A stretch of 64,000 nt of DNA from the NCBI GenBank assembly GCA_964016885.1, contig OZ024756.1:6076001-6140000 (forward strand), read 5' to 3'. Position 1 is the first letter of the stretch, and each line of letters starts with the position of its first letter. Under the pieces are notes generated by a model. It did not search any database. It saw only the letters and a program-made list of their open reading frames with translations, and was not told the DNA's origin. Positions 42,441-57,635 of this stretch are shown here, piece by piece. The DNA is from Eledone cirrhosa. Lineage: Eukaryota. The translations under genes and the position numbers were made by a program.

Positions 42441-43556
42441 AATATGGTTTTATAAATATAGTTTCCATTTATTAATATCATTGATACATATATATATATA
42501 TAAGAAATCGATCTATGATCTTCATTTATTGAGTACGAATAAATGAAAGTATATTTGGATTTGGTTTGATTTTTACTAAGTGTGCCAAACTGTGAACAAT
42601 AACCGCAAGCATTAATCCCGCCAAGGTTAACTTTGCCTTTCATCCTTACGGGGTCGATAAAATAAAGTACCAGTAATGCACTGAATAATTGCTGGCCTTG
42701 TGCCTAACGTAGAAACAATTATTATCCGTCGCTCTAACGACTCTTCCAATAGCTGCCATGGTAAAGCTAAGATTGAAGGTGATCCAGTCTTAAATATCAT
42801 ATCACCTTTTCAGGTAAGGTATATCTCAGATTTAATCACCAAATTGTGTCCTTTATCTCTGAATGCAGGCGGCAAATAGGCAGAATCGAATAGAATACTT
42901 TACGGTATTCATTCCGACTCTCTGCTGTCGGAGTTCAAATCCAGCCGAGGTCAACTTTGCCTGCTTTCGTGATCAATAAAAAAAGTACCAGTCTAGTACT
43001 GGGGTTGATTCTTCCTCTATATCTCTTTCTCATTTCCCCTCTCTCACTTTGTATCTTTCTCTGGAAGAGAGGGATGGACTCCACCAGGCTTAAAATGGCC
43101 AAGAAACGCCGTATGTCAATACATCGCCTCTAATACTCTATCAGGAGTTAGGGCGAAAAGAAAGATCTCTGAAGGCGGAAGAGTGCAATTTTAAGGAAAT
43201 ATAACTGCTATTTCTGTTAGGTCAAATGACTATGTTAAAGGCTCCATTATGGATCTAGTTAAGTTTGTTGAAAGGTAACGTAACTGGTTCTGATTTGTTA
43301 GTTTACTGTGAGTGTTGCTTCAAGTTCTCTCTCATTCTCCCTCCATCTTTCTCACACTCACTCCCTCTTTCACTCCCTCCCGCTTTTTCACGCTCTCTCC
43401 CTCTCCGTCTTTCTCACTCTCTCTCTCTCACTCCCTACGTCTTTCTCATGCTGTCTCTCTCTCTTACTCCCCCGTATTTCCACGCTCTCCCTCTCACTCA
43501 CCGTCTGTCTCACACTCCCCTCTCTCTCTCTCTCTCTCACTCACCGTCTCTCTAAC

Positions 43557-43595
<39 letters not shown>

Positions 43596-44040
43596 CCCGT
43601 CTCTCTCTCTCTCACACTCCCCCTCTCTCTCCATCGCCTTCTCTCACTCACTCCCTCTCTCTCTGCCTCACTCTCTCCGTCTTTCTCACACACTCTCACA
43701 CGCTCTCACAATCTCTCTCACTCACCCCTCTCTCTCTCACACCCCCTCCCTCCCTCACCCTCTATGCTACTAATACCTACAACCTAAGAGTCAACCTTGT
43801 GTGATGTAGCCATGTTCAGTATTATAAATCATGTTGTTAGTCTGTAAACATCACATTCGTTCAACTTCACAACTCATGCATATGTTTCCAATAACAACCA
43901 AATGTATTATATACTGTGTCTATGTAATTCTCTCTCTATCTTTCTTCTTTCCCCTCCTCTTCACCTCTCTCACTCTCCTTACATATATCTAGCTGTTTGT
44001 GTGTATATATATTATATATATATATTATATATATATATAT

Positions 44041-44105
<65 letters not shown>

Positions 44106-44194
44106 TATGTATATATATGCATATATATATATATACATACATATATATACATATGTATATATATATATATATGTATATATAAATATATATAATG

Positions 44195-44250
<56 letters not shown>

Positions 44251-44433
44251 GTATGTATATATATATATATATATATATATAATGTATGTACATATCTCTA
44301 TATATATAATGTATGTATATATATATATATACATATATATACATATATATATATATACATATCTCGCTATATATATATAAATATCTATCTATCTATATAT
44401 GTATATATACACACACATATCTATATACATATA

Positions 44434-44490
<57 letters not shown>

Positions 44491-44511
44491 GTATATGTGT
44501 GTATATATATA

Positions 44512-44582
<71 letters not shown>

Positions 44583-44736
44583 ATATATGTGTATATATAT
44601 ATATATATGTATATGTATATATATGTGTATATATATGTATATATATGTGTATATATATATATATATGTATATGTATATATATGTGTATATATATATATAT
44701 ATGTATATGTATATATATGTATATATATATGTATAT

Positions 44737-44768
<32 letters not shown>

Positions 44769-44780
44769 GTATATATATAT

Positions 44781-45399
44781 GTCAGGTCACCAGTTGGTCA
44801 CCAGTTGGTGCTACTGGTAACATGTATCCCAGTACAACCTGTCTCATGGTCGGGTCGTTGGCGACTAAACTGGCAACCCCACCAAGGTTTCTTGGTGAGG
44901 AGGGTGACTTTGGACATCCTGCAGGACTAAAAACAAGACCTGTCAAAGGGCAAAGGAGCTCTTAAGAGTCAATGGCCATCCAAAATCACAGGGAGAGATG
45001 ACCCCTTAGCCTTTGTCAAGGCAGAATTCTAGGAGAAGGAAAACTCTGATATAACACCTGCAACCCTGATGGTATCCAATGATGTTGACTTGTTCTTCTT
45101 TTTGGTAAATATCATCTTGGTTAAGAGAGTGGGACTGGCTTTGTGCAGTGCCTTTGCTCACTATAAAAGCTTCACGGCACAGGCACTACTTTATATCTGG
45201 AGATATCTCTGCACTTGTCATCACATGTACCATGGGCCCAGCACTATATGTCAATAATGGTCACAAGTGGGGTGTTTGTGCCAGAGTTTTCAAGTCGCTG
45301 GCTGGACTAAAAAGTCACACTCGTTCAGCGCATCGGTAGGGGTTCTCCTACATGGATATAAAGTAGTGGCCGTACTCGAAAACGAGTTGGCAGCCACCA
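44781..45399 (+). mobile_element. Full-length bipartite RTE-derived non-autonomous retroelement (~620 bp)
   Basis: RTE-type 5'UTR motif ctaggagaaggaaaactctga; 3' part encodes a C2H2 remnant [19 protein letters not shown]; terminal stem-loop gtggc..ctcgaaaacgag..gccac; sits in TA-rich microsatellite. Confidence 0.75.
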
Positions 45400-45487
45400 T
45401 ATGTATGTATACATATATATGTATATATATATATATATATGTGTATATATATATATATGTATATATATATATACATATATATATTTG

Positions 45488-45520
<33 letters not shown>

Positions 45521-45553
45521 GTATATATATGTATGTATATATATGTATATATG

Positions 45554-45584
<31 letters not shown>

Positions 45585-45651
45585 GTATATATATATATGT
45601 ATATGTGTATATATATATATATGTGTGTATATATATATATATATATGTATG

Positions 45652-45684
<33 letters not shown>

Positions 45685-45835
45685 ATATGTATATATGTAT
45701 GTGTATGTATATCTATATATATGTATATGTATATGTATATATATGTATATATATATATATGTATATATATATATGTATATGTATGTATATATATATGTAT
45801 ATATATATATATATATGTGTATATATATATATATG

Positions 45836-45867
<32 letters not shown>

Positions 45868-46039
45868 TATGTATATGTATATATATGTATATGTATATAT
45901 ATGTATATATATATATATGTATATATGTATATATATATATATATATATGTATATGTATATATATGTATATATATACATATGTATATATATATATATATAT
46001 GTATATGTATATATGTATATATATATATATATGTATATG

Positions 46040-46104
<65 letters not shown>

Positions 46105-46192
46105 GTATATATTTATTCTTTACTATTTTCTAATTCTTTTTATTAAAAAAAAAAAAAAAAAAATATATATATATACACACATATCTATATAC

Positions 46193-46223
<31 letters not shown>

Positions 46224-46324
46224 GACATATCTATATACATATATATATATACATAAAAAAATCTCTCTATATATATATATATATACACACATCTGTATAC
46301 ATATATATATATATATATTTGTGG

Positions 46325-46388
<64 letters not shown>

Positions 46389-46701
46389 TGGTATACATAT
46401 ATATATATATATTTGTGGTTATATATATATATAAATATATATATATATATTACTTCAAAATATTAACAAATACAGGCATTCATGTGATCAAATATATTTT
46501 ATTATATATATATATTTACTCAGTACGTCCTCATCAGATAAAATAAATTGATGTCTGACATACCTCAACTGTGCTAATGGTTCAATTCCAGTCTTCTTTT
46601 GAAGATATTAATAACTCCAGAAAACCTTAACTGTCGAGTGCTTCTATTCTATTGTAAAACTATATTCCTTGATTAATCAATGAACCTTGTTTAACATTTG
46701 G

Positions 46702-46746
<45 letters not shown>

Positions 46747-46749
46747 CAG

Positions 46750-46791
<42 letters not shown>

Positions 46792-46818
46792 GCTCACACA
46801 GACACATATATATATTTA

Positions 46819-46925
<107 letters not shown>

Positions 46926-46952
46926 ATCTATTTGTGTATATATATATACATT

Positions 46953-46989
<37 letters not shown>

Positions 46990-47352
46990 ATTTGAGAATA
47001 TGTATATATATATTTGCGTATATATATATGTGTATATTTACATGTATCTATATATTTATGTTTATGTATGTCTATATTTATGTATGTTTATATTTTTCTC
47101 TTTCGCAACTAACACCGGAAGTACTGTCTTTCAATATCCGTACTGTTTTTTTTTTTTCATTATTATTATTCCTATATTGTTTCCGGTCGCCATTCTAAAA
47201 ATTAAAAGCAAATTTAAAATTAATTCATGTATTAGGAGCTCTTTCATTTACCTCCCCGAATGTATATAATATATGTCATGTAAATCTAAATCTAATTATT
47301 GTTTAATGAAGTGCAGAACAGAACCGAATTAATGTATGTTATATCGTTATAT

Positions 47353-47735
47353 AGGGCGGTGGATTGGCAGTATCTGTAGAGGGTCGGACGCCATGCTTTC
47401 CAGAATAGTTACGTCCCTTTACTATCTGAGTTCAAATCCCGCCGAGATTGACTTTGCCTCTCATCCTTACGGGGTCGATAAAATAAAGTACCAGTAATGT
47501 ACTGGGTATTTGTTGGCCTTGTGCCAAAAGTAAAAACAATTATTAAAGGGTGGTGGCTAGGCAGTATCGGTAGAGGGTCGGACGCCATGTTTTCCAGCAT
47601 AGTTACGTCCCTTTACGATCTGAGTTCAAATCCCGCCGAGGTTGACTTTGCCTTTCATCCTTACGGGGTCGATAAAATAAAGTACCAGTAATGCACTGGG
47701 TAATTGCTGGCCTTGTGCCTAAAGTAGAAACAGTT
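47353..47735 (+). mobile_element. Two tandem tRNA-derived SINEs
   Basis: A-box tggcagtatc(t/g)g, B-box gagttcaaatc, shared core; another copy at 53338-53525. Confidence 0.85.
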
Positions 47736-47899
47736 ATATCGTTATATAGTTAACTTCAGTAGCATAGATTTGTCTTATATAACAGAGGTCGCCTCTGAAG
47801 CTACATTGTATAACTCTGGCAATTATATTACGTAACTAGAATATAAACGAATAAAATAGACCACATTTTTCTTTTACTTCTTCTTCTTCTACTTTTTCT

Positions 47900-48150
47900 T
47901 TTTTTCCTACCTAGGGTCATGGGTCAGAATCCTCAAACACTCCTTCCCGTGGGTCATGTCAGAATCAACCGTCTCCAACTGATCCGGCTGGATCCCCAAA
48001 CGTGAGCAGCAAACTCATGGATGTTATCCAACCATCTTACGTCAACCCTGGGTCTCCTTCGGGTTGGTTTTTGCCTGTAAAATCTGTCCAGCGATTCTTT
48101 CCAGAGACATTCTAACCACATGTCCATAGTATCGGAGCTGTGGTCTCTCA
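47900..48150 (-). mobile_element. RTE-clade LINE 3' fragment
   Basis: Frameshifted QLRYYGHVVRM..KPTRRRPR..RWLDNI, typical of RTE ORF C-termini. Confidence 0.65.
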
Positions 48151-48545
48151 ATTTTATTCATTGCTTTTATTATTTTCAGTAATTAGACTTTAAGCATGCT
48201 AGGGCACCAACTGCAATTAATTTTGAAAATGATATCGACCCTGGCGTATATTGGGTTTTGGTCTATATTTTATTAATAACTATTTACCAAATCGCTGCAT
48301 TAAGTGACTTGAACAAAGAGAAAACGAAAACTCAAACACACATATATATACATACATGCATACATATATATATATATATATATAACGAAGGAGGTGTGGT
48401 AAGGAACCAGATGGACCACAACGCACCAGAGTACTCAATACTTAGGGTAGTAGAGTGGGTAATAGGAAAATATTATACAGAGAGAGAGTGAGAGAGAGAT
48501 TCCCGAGTTGTGACGGGAAGTAACTACTGTTTAACATGGTACTCA

Positions 48546-48621
<76 letters not shown>

Positions 48622-48623
<2 letters not shown>

Positions 48624-48838
48624 CGGAGGAAATGTGGTAAGGAACCAGGTGGACCATAACGCACCAAAGTACTCAATACTTATGGTAGTAGAGTGGGTAA
48701 TAGGAACGAGTAGGAACCCGACGGCTGAGCTCAAGCCGTTTCGACGGCTAATTCTGGACTGAAAAAAAAAATTTTTTTTTTAGTCCTGAATTAGCCGTCG
48801 AAACGGCTTGAGCTCAGCCGTCGGGTTCCTACTCGTTC

Positions 48839-48842
<4 letters not shown>
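48622..48842. mobile_element. Fold-back element, family L
   Basis: Arms ~48700-48770 / 48771-48842; (TA)n flanks. Confidence 0.75.
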
Positions 48843-48890
<48 letters not shown>

Positions 48891-49208
48891 CCTCACTAAG
48901 CAGGCCCTTGTGGATTACATCCAGTAAATTTCACCTAGATTGTATTACTCAGTCCGAAGTTATAGTATAAACCACATGTCCAAGACGCCACCCACTGAAA
49001 TTATACTTGTAACAACGTAATTATTAAAAGAACTCCTTAACCACACAGATTAACAACTATACCTATTAGTATATTTTCTATTCAGTATGATAACGAGTTA
49101 CTGCAATGTCTTCAGTTATAGTAAACATATGTCTGGACTCACTACACAACTTTCTTGAAGGGCTGTCAGGTTCAAATAGACCGTTCCTTATGTTTACTAC
49201 GAATTAAT

Positions 49209-49253
<45 letters not shown>

Positions 49254-49397
49254 GTATTTATATATATATATATATATATAAATACATTTTTGTCAGATTA
49301 AAGAATAAGATGATTTTCAATTGCACTCCAGTGCATTTTCATCTTTACCTATATTACTTTAATTTTTGATTTATATAGAACATTAACCCTATATTAG

Positions 49398-49475
<78 letters not shown>

Positions 49476-49521
49476 GAAATATTATTTGTCACCCTAGCAT
49501 ACGTACAGATACACACACACA

Positions 49522-49580
<59 letters not shown>

Positions 49581-50170
49581 GTGAGTTAAATAAATGATAT
49601 TCCTATGCAAAATTATCTCAACATATATATAAGTATTCTGTGCACTTTTCCTATGTAAACGCCGTTCTCATTGCTGAAAATATGTTCGTCCATGTTACAC
49701 TGCCATATGCATCACAGAATTAAAGGTGTTGATGGATGGGATTCAGAAAGGCTGTTTCTATTAGCTAGCTTTAGTAACATTCCGAATTTCTTTCGCCAAC
49801 GACAGCATAATTTCCTCTCCAATGCAAATTTACTTTCGCAAGTTCTAAGCAATTAGCTAATTAGTCACTAAACCCCGTCAACTAATGTAATCTCCATAAT
49901 GACTTCTCTTATGTAAAAGTGATAATTTATGGCAAAAGCTCATATGCCATTCACATCCTTTGTATAGGAAGAGAAACCATACATTTCATAGTAAACCTTC
50001 CCAAGACTAATTGCGGCTACAGTGATGTAAGTAGATCCTATACGAGAATTGAACATATGAACAGAAATATTGCACAGCCATCATTTTTTTAATTAAAAAA
50101 TAACATCATGTTTATGTCCCTAATACCCTATTTTATAGAGTATAAACATCATCATCTCTCTCTCTCCCTT

Positions 50171-50254
<84 letters not shown>

Positions 50255-50435
50255 CAGTCAAAACCGAAAAAGGTTAAAACTACTACTTCTGTCAGCCGAC
50301 TAACAGAGAATGAAGGACAAACATGGACAGAAATATGAACTCTTCTCTCCAAATATGTATGGAAAAACTAATAATTTTTCTTCCCCTTTTTTATTATTCG
50401 TATAAATATGCAACATAACAACATTATGCATATCC

Positions 50436-50473
50436 GCAGTTGAAAAAGCATATAATGCTGAAACCGGTATTAT
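50436..50473 (+). ncRNA. Hammerhead with U3-A8 core variant
   Basis: TTGAAAA-agca(tataa)tgct-GAAA-ccgg-TA; stem I weak. Confidence 0.5.
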
Positions 50474-51315
50474 TAAATGTGAAAATATCCACTTTATAAA
50501 TGAATGTTTTGATATTACACTGAAAGAATCTGTTCAACATTTTCTACTGAAAAAAAAAATCTTTTTCCTTTCTACTAATATTTGTATATATATATAGATA
50601 TATATCAACTCGTGTTATATATATATATATATATATGGAGTGTATTTCATTACCAAAGGTTTCAGGAAATTAGATGATCCTTACAGAAACGTCCAGCTCG
50701 TTGATGAAAGGAAATAGTTATGTTTTGCATATAAGTTTTTTTAATTATATATCTATTAATATATATATATATATACACAGACACACACACATTTTAAATA
50801 TACATACATGCACACACACATATAAAATTACATGCGCGCATCTATGCGAACTTCCATATACATTCTTACATAGTTATATGGAGTTGATGCGTTTATATAT
50901 CTATGTAAGAGGGTATATGGATGTACGTATAGGTGCGCACATGTAATGTTATGCGTGTGTGTGTGTGTGTGTGTGTATATAGATTTTTTTTTCCGTTATA
51001 AGATGTTATTTTTACTCAGCCTCACTTTCATCATCTGCAAAGTAATAGCTACCAATTTACATATAGCATGACTAGGCTGTGTAACTACTAATGAAACATT
51101 TGTAAACACTTGGAATAAATTACCTTTTTATGATGTCGGCCTGTTTTATTAATCATTCTTTATCTACACTCCGGCATATAGAAGTATCGGAAACCAACTT
51201 TCTTTAACTGGTCTTTTGTAACTCGCTGAGTAACCCCTCACCGTACGTCGACTCTATCTAGTGTAGTAATTAACCATTACTGCATTCAGGATAATCCTAA
51301 GCATTTTTGCATAAC

Positions 51316-51365
<50 letters not shown>

Positions 51366-51385
51366 TATATGTATGTATGTATATC

Positions 51386-51472
<87 letters not shown>

Positions 51473-51473
51473 C

Positions 51474-51506
<33 letters not shown>

Positions 51507-51522
51507 TGTATGTATGTATGTA

Positions 51523-51554
<32 letters not shown>

Positions 51555-53247
51555 CTAATATATACACATTCTGAGTGGGTATTGTTGACGGAACAGAATA
51601 TCGCGCGTGCAGAAGAAATGGCGTCCAATATTCCATATCTCGTATCTCATCTTAACTTGAGATGCTTTCAAACATAATAATGTGTTGTCATTACCATGTA
51701 GTGGTCCTTCAGTGCCTACACATACACACACATAGCATACAGACACATACTCACACACACACATGCCATACAGACACACACTCACACACACACACACACA
51801 TACACACAATAATGTGTCATCATTATCCTGTAGTTGTCCTTCAATGCCTACACACACATACCATACAGACACACACACACACACACATACCATACAGACA
51901 CACACATACACATACCATACATACACACACATACACATACCATACAGACACACACTCACATATACGCACACACAATACACACACTTTACACAAACCATAC
52001 ACATTATAATGTATTGTCATTATCAAGCAGGTGTCCTTCAATGCCTACACACACACACACACACACGCACACACCCACTCACACACATACACACACTATA
52101 AACACCATAAACACACACACGCAAACATACACACACAAACACAGAGAGAGAAAAACACACCACACACACACACAACAAACACACACAAAGAGAGAAAAGC
52201 ACACCATACACACTATACAACGCACAGACACACCACACACACACAACACACACACAGAGAAAAGCACACCATTCACACTATACACACGCACAGACACACC
52301 ACACACAAAACAAACACCCACACAGAGAGAAAAGCACACCATTCACACTATACACACGCACAGACACACCACACACACAACAAACACATCATACACACAC
52401 CACACACACCATACACAACCACACAAAGAGAGAAAAGCACACCATACACACCACACACACACACACACACACACACACAACAAACACACACAAAGAGAGA
52501 AAAGCACACCATACACACTATACACACACAGACACACCACAAACACACCACAAATACACCATACACACACCACACACACACACAACCACACAAAGAGAGA
52601 AATTCCCACCATACACACTACACACAAACACACACACAAACACACCATAAACACGCCATACACAATCTAACACACACACAATCTAAGAGACATACACACT
52701 TACACACATAATCTAACCCACACACACACACACACAATCTAACACACACTCTCACACACACACACTTATACACATAATCTAACACACATACACACTTACA
52801 CACAAAATATAACACACACACACACATACACACACAATCTGAAACACACACACACATACTTATACACATAATCTAACACACATACACACTTACACAGACA
52901 GTCTAATACACACATAAACAGCTTTAGAAATCTGCTAGTGCTGTTTGGTTGTGTCAATATTTGCCAGTATTTTGTCAATGACTGTCAGAAGTAGGCAGAA
53001 GAATGATAAGTACATTAAAATGCACTGTCTTGTCCTCCCCTCTTATATACGTCTACTCTGTAAAGCTTCTTCTATCCAAAGACACTTTCTCGCCATTAAA
53101 TACAGCGCTGTACACTTTTACATTTACTCTTGGATTATTTCACAGCCAATTAAGTTCATGCCAGTAAATTTCTGTGTGTGCAGTAATTAATATTTCTTTC
53201 TTCAGAAATAATCTCTGTAAATAGACACACACACACATATATAGGCT

Positions 53248-53314
<67 letters not shown>

Positions 53315-53607
53315 CACACATATAGACTTATTATTATAACGGTGGATTGGCAGTATTGGTAGAGGGTCGGACGCCATGCTTTGACGTATAGAGTTACGGC
53401 TCTTGCTATTCTGAGTTCAAATCCCGCCAGGGTTAACTTTGCCTTTCATCCTTACGGGGTCGATAGCATAAAGTACCAGTAATGCACTGGTTAATTGCTG
53501 GCCTTGTGCCTAACGTAGAAACATTTATTATATATATATATATTATATATATATATTTATAATAATAAATATATATATATATATACAATTATATATATAT
53601 ATACATT

Positions 53608-53659
<52 letters not shown>

Positions 53660-53668
<9 letters not shown>

Positions 53669-54090
53669 AGATCAAAAGATGGTTAAAGGAGTTCCATGTA
53701 TTTTATTATGCGCATTTCAAAAACAAACATCATCATGCAATAATATTTGTGTTTTCATCAGATAAAACAGGAGAACATGATATGAAGGCTAAAAAACACT
53801 TGTGGATAGTGCAGTTTTAAATCAACATAGCTGATGTGTTGATTTAAAACTGCACTATCCACAAGTGTTTTTTAGCCTTCATATCATGTTCTCCTGTTTT
53901 ATCTGATGAAAACACAAATATTATTGCATGATGATGTTTGTTTTTGAAATGCGCATAATAAAATACATGGAACTCCTTTAACCATCTTTTGATCTTATAT
54001 TATGTATACTCCAGTCCTACAAACTGTAGAGTGCTTCTTATCCGATATCTGCATTGCTTTATTGTACTACAATAAAACTCACCTCCTACA
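53660..54090. mobile_element. Fold-back hammerhead element, family C (essentially perfect ~170-bp arms)
   Basis: 53660-53828 vs 53837-54003, loop agctgatg; hammerheads at 53699-53769 (-) and 53895-53965 (+). Confidence 0.85.
53895..53965 (+). ncRNA. Type I hammerhead ribozyme (family C); mirror copy at 53699-53769 (-)
   Basis: tgttttat-CTGATGA-aaacacaaatattattgcatgatgatgtttgttttt-GAAA-tgcgca-TA-ataaaata. Confidence 0.85.
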
Positions 54091-54163
54091 TATATATATA
54101 TATATATATACACAGATATATAAGCGTATTATATACATACACACACATATGTAGGCTTATTAT

Positions 54164-54205
<42 letters not shown>

Positions 54206-55270
54206 TATAAAACGAAGGAAGTGTGGTAAGGTACCACGTGGACCATAACGCACTAGAGTACTCAATACTTTAGGTGGGTAATAGGAAAATGTTCAAGACC
54301 CCGACGGCAGAGCTCAAGCCGTTTTGACGGCTATTTCTGGATTTTCTGGACGGCTTTGACTGGTCCAAAAATAGCCGTCGAAACGGCTTCAAGCTCTGCC
54401 GGCGGGGGTCTTGAACATTTTCCTATATATATATATATATATATGTGCGTGTGCGTGTGCGTGTGCGTGTGCGCGCGTGTGTGTGTGTGTGTGTGTGTGT
54501 TGTTTTCTCTGATATATAGTGTTCCGGTCTTAAGAGGACTGGACTCCACCAGTTCTCTACGTCTGTATCAGGTGTTAAGGGCCCAGGACCATGGACATAT
54601 AGCTAAAGCAGTTCATCAATTGTGTATATTTTAAATTTCAATACACCCTGTCACAGATCATGATAATTACCAATAACTACAAATCCGAATTTAAGATCCA
54701 TTATACTTAGATTAGTCAATATATTTTATTTCAATAATTTAGTATTTTAGTCTCCTAAATATAATTAACATAACATTGAAAACTATATTGAAAATAAACC
54801 CAAACTGAATTATTAAACATAGCTAATAATTATTAATTAGTGGTTGACTTAAATAGATTTTAGACTATTATAAAATACAATAATGTATATGTATGTGAGG
54901 AAATACTTGATTATGCATATATAATTAGTACATATTTTAATGATCACATGAATGAATTCAATATAATTTTAATTAGTCTTATGTAAATTAGTACATCTCC
55001 CAGTTTGTGTCTTTCAATAACTATTTCTCTCTAAATCCCTGAATGTATCTGTTTAAGTATCTATGTGTCTCTGTGTAGCCGCACTTTGTTATAAAGAAAG
55101 TGAATGGGAATTAGCAGTAGGAATATATTGTTTAATGTAAAATATACTTCATAATGTGTACCAAGAACTGGCATGACATGTAAATTCTTTATTTACAGAA
55201 CATTGACTTTATTTGCATAGAAATGTTTCATTCGATTGAGCCCGGGACTCATTCACACACACTATATATA

Positions 55271-55853
55271 CAGGGTTGTCCAAAAAGATGTATCTATTGA
55301 AACGAAAACTTTACAATTTTTTACATAGACCTGTCTTACAGCCATGTAAGTTTTGTGTGATGTAAGTTTTTTCCTCGCATACCACCATTTTGCGAGCACA
55401 GCTCAATAGTTTATAATGTGCTCGATCCAAGCTGCTTGGCGCTGAATCACTGTGGTACTCGCACATTGAAGTATGTGATGTGATGTGATGTAGTAATTTT
55501 CTGTCCTGACTGACCGTGGCCGGCCACTGCAACCTTTAATGTTATCCTGTACACCTCCTTCTCTCTGGAAAGTCCCTCCGAAATTGTCGTTGTGTTTGGA
55601 CAACCAGACTCAGTCAGGACAGAAAATCACATCACATCACATCACAAACTTTAATGTGCGAGTAGCCACAGTGATTCAGCGCCAAGGAGCTTGGATCGAG
55701 CACATTATAAACTATTGAACTGTGCTCGCAAAATGGTGGTATGCAAAACTTACATGGCTGTAAGACAGGTCTATGAAAACAAATTATAAAATTTTCATTT
55801 CAATAGAAAATGCTACTTTATCAAAAATGGATACATCATTTTAGACCACCCTG
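55271..55853. mobile_element. Tc1/mariner-type MITE with long subterminal inverted repeats
   Basis: TA|cagggttgtccaaaaagatgtatc ... gatacatcattttagaccaccctg|TA; ~55295-55515 is inverted relative to ~55610-55806. Confidence 0.85.
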
Positions 55854-55879
55854 TATATATATATCCATTTTAAATAAAT

Positions 55880-55952
55880 TTTCTTTCTGACGAACGATTC
55901 CAGACGTCTGTGTCTAGCTCGTCTGTCTTCGTGAAACCTTTGGTAAATGGAA
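55880..55952 (+). ncRNA. Type I hammerhead ribozyme (solo, separate family)
   Basis: tttcttt-CTGACGA-acga..cagacg(loop)cgtctg..tcgt-GAAA-cc(ttt)gg-TA-aatggaa. Confidence 0.75.
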
Positions 55953-56336
55953 TAATTGTCTTATGTTATTTATTACATAACTATATATATATGCATGTGG
56001 AAAGAAAAAAATATATATATACAGTATTTCCCCGGGAGTTACGTTCCTAGAGCACTAGCGAAGAGTGAGAAATCGCGAATGTTGGACGTGATCCATAAAA
56101 GTGTCTAAAATCGTCAAAACATAACTTAAAATATATGACGGCAAATACGCTATATTAGCATGAATAATTTAGCATTAAAAAGCATGAAAAATTATATATT
56201 GCCATGAAAGAAGCCATAAGAATATCGCGAAAAATATCTACGACTCAGCGAATATGCGTTGGTTTCCACGAACGATTATTAGTTAGGTTCTAAGAAAATT
56301 CCGTGAATGGCGCGGTCGTGAATGTCGGAATTAGCC

Positions 56337-56372
<36 letters not shown>

Positions 56373-56418
56373 GTGAAATTTCGTTATAACGAGATCGACC
56401 GAAACAAATCGAGCATTT

Positions 56419-56485
56419 TATTTTATCTGTTGAGGACGTACTGTTGAAGATAGCTCAGTACCTCTGAAATATGTATAATAAAATA
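56419..56485 (+). ncRNA. Hammerhead, core-mutated copy (family M)
   Basis: tattttat-CTGTTGA-ggacgtactg..cagtacctct-GAAA-tatgta-TA-ataaaata; sister copy 46445-46550 (-) keeps CTGATGA but has an internal deletion. Confidence 0.65.
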
Positions 56486-56528
56486 TACTTGATCACACGA
56501 ATGTCTATTTTTGTTAATATTCTGAATT

Positions 56529-56559
<31 letters not shown>

Positions 56560-56733
56560 GGAACCAGTAAGACCCCGACGGCTGAGCTCAAGCCGTTTCG
56601 ACGGCTAACGGCTTGAGCTCAGCCGTCGGGGTCTTACTGGTTCCTATTACCCACTCTACTACCCTAAGTATTGAGTACTTTGGTGCGTTATGGTCCACCT
56701 GGTTCCTTACCACATTTCCTTCGTTATATATAT

Positions 56734-56810
<77 letters not shown>

Positions 56811-56980
56811 TATATATATATATAAATATATATATAAATATATATAATTGAAGTTACCCGCTTACGTGTGTGTATTGAAGCGAATAATTGTGTATACTCT
56901 GGGAGTTTATTTAACATTACCTATTGAGTACGCTGAGATGCAACCGGTCATAGCAGTAATGCCCATGTTAGTTCCGTCAA

Positions 56981-57064
<84 letters not shown>

Positions 57065-57072
57065 ATATATAG

Positions 57073-57113
<41 letters not shown>

Positions 57114-57123
57114 ATATATATAG

Positions 57124-57226
<103 letters not shown>

Positions 57227-57372
57227 TTCAATGATATTAAATAAATGGAAACTATAGTTATAAAATTATATTTATTCTATTAAATACCTTAACGGTTCAA
57301 GTTTTCCAAGGAAAACTTGAACTGTTAAGGTATTTTTTCTTGTTTATGTCAAAATTTATAAAACAAATTTTG

Positions 57373-57434
57373 TATTTTATCTAATGAAAGCGTACCAAAG
57401 TGTTGGTACCCTTGAAAATATATATAATAGAATA
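57373..57434 (+). ncRNA. Hammerhead, core-mutated copy (family D), within fold-back 57224-57572
   Basis: tattttat-CTAATGA-aagcgtaccaa..ttggtaccctt-GAAA-atatata-TA-atagaata. Confidence 0.6.
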
Positions 57435-57570
57435 AAGATGGTTTTATAAATGTAGTTTCCATTTATTTAATATCATTGAATATTATACTCCACAAAAGAT
57501 GTCGAGTGCTCTCAATCAGTTATAAACATTTATATTTGTTGAATTACCAACACATTGAATACCCCTTTTG

Positions 57571-57635
<65 letters not shown>

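Larger units (their letters stand above)
42156..42485. mobile_element. Fold-back hammerhead element, family D
   Basis: ~150-bp near-perfect arms around a ~30-bp loop at 42306-42337. Confidence 0.85.

Noticed and set aside
44781-44880. HDV-like ribozyme at the 5' end of the RTE-derived element
   Set aside because: P4-like hairpin, CUAA and a ccagt/actgg pairing are present, but I could not build P1 and P3 in the required nested order
47353-47450. tRNA gene
   Set aside because: A/B boxes are present but there is no cloverleaf, and it is followed by a multi-copy SINE body
51124-51300. Possible additional minus-strand exon ending AAG|gtaatt
   Set aside because: No convincing ORF, domain or acceptor; cannot be supported without RNA data
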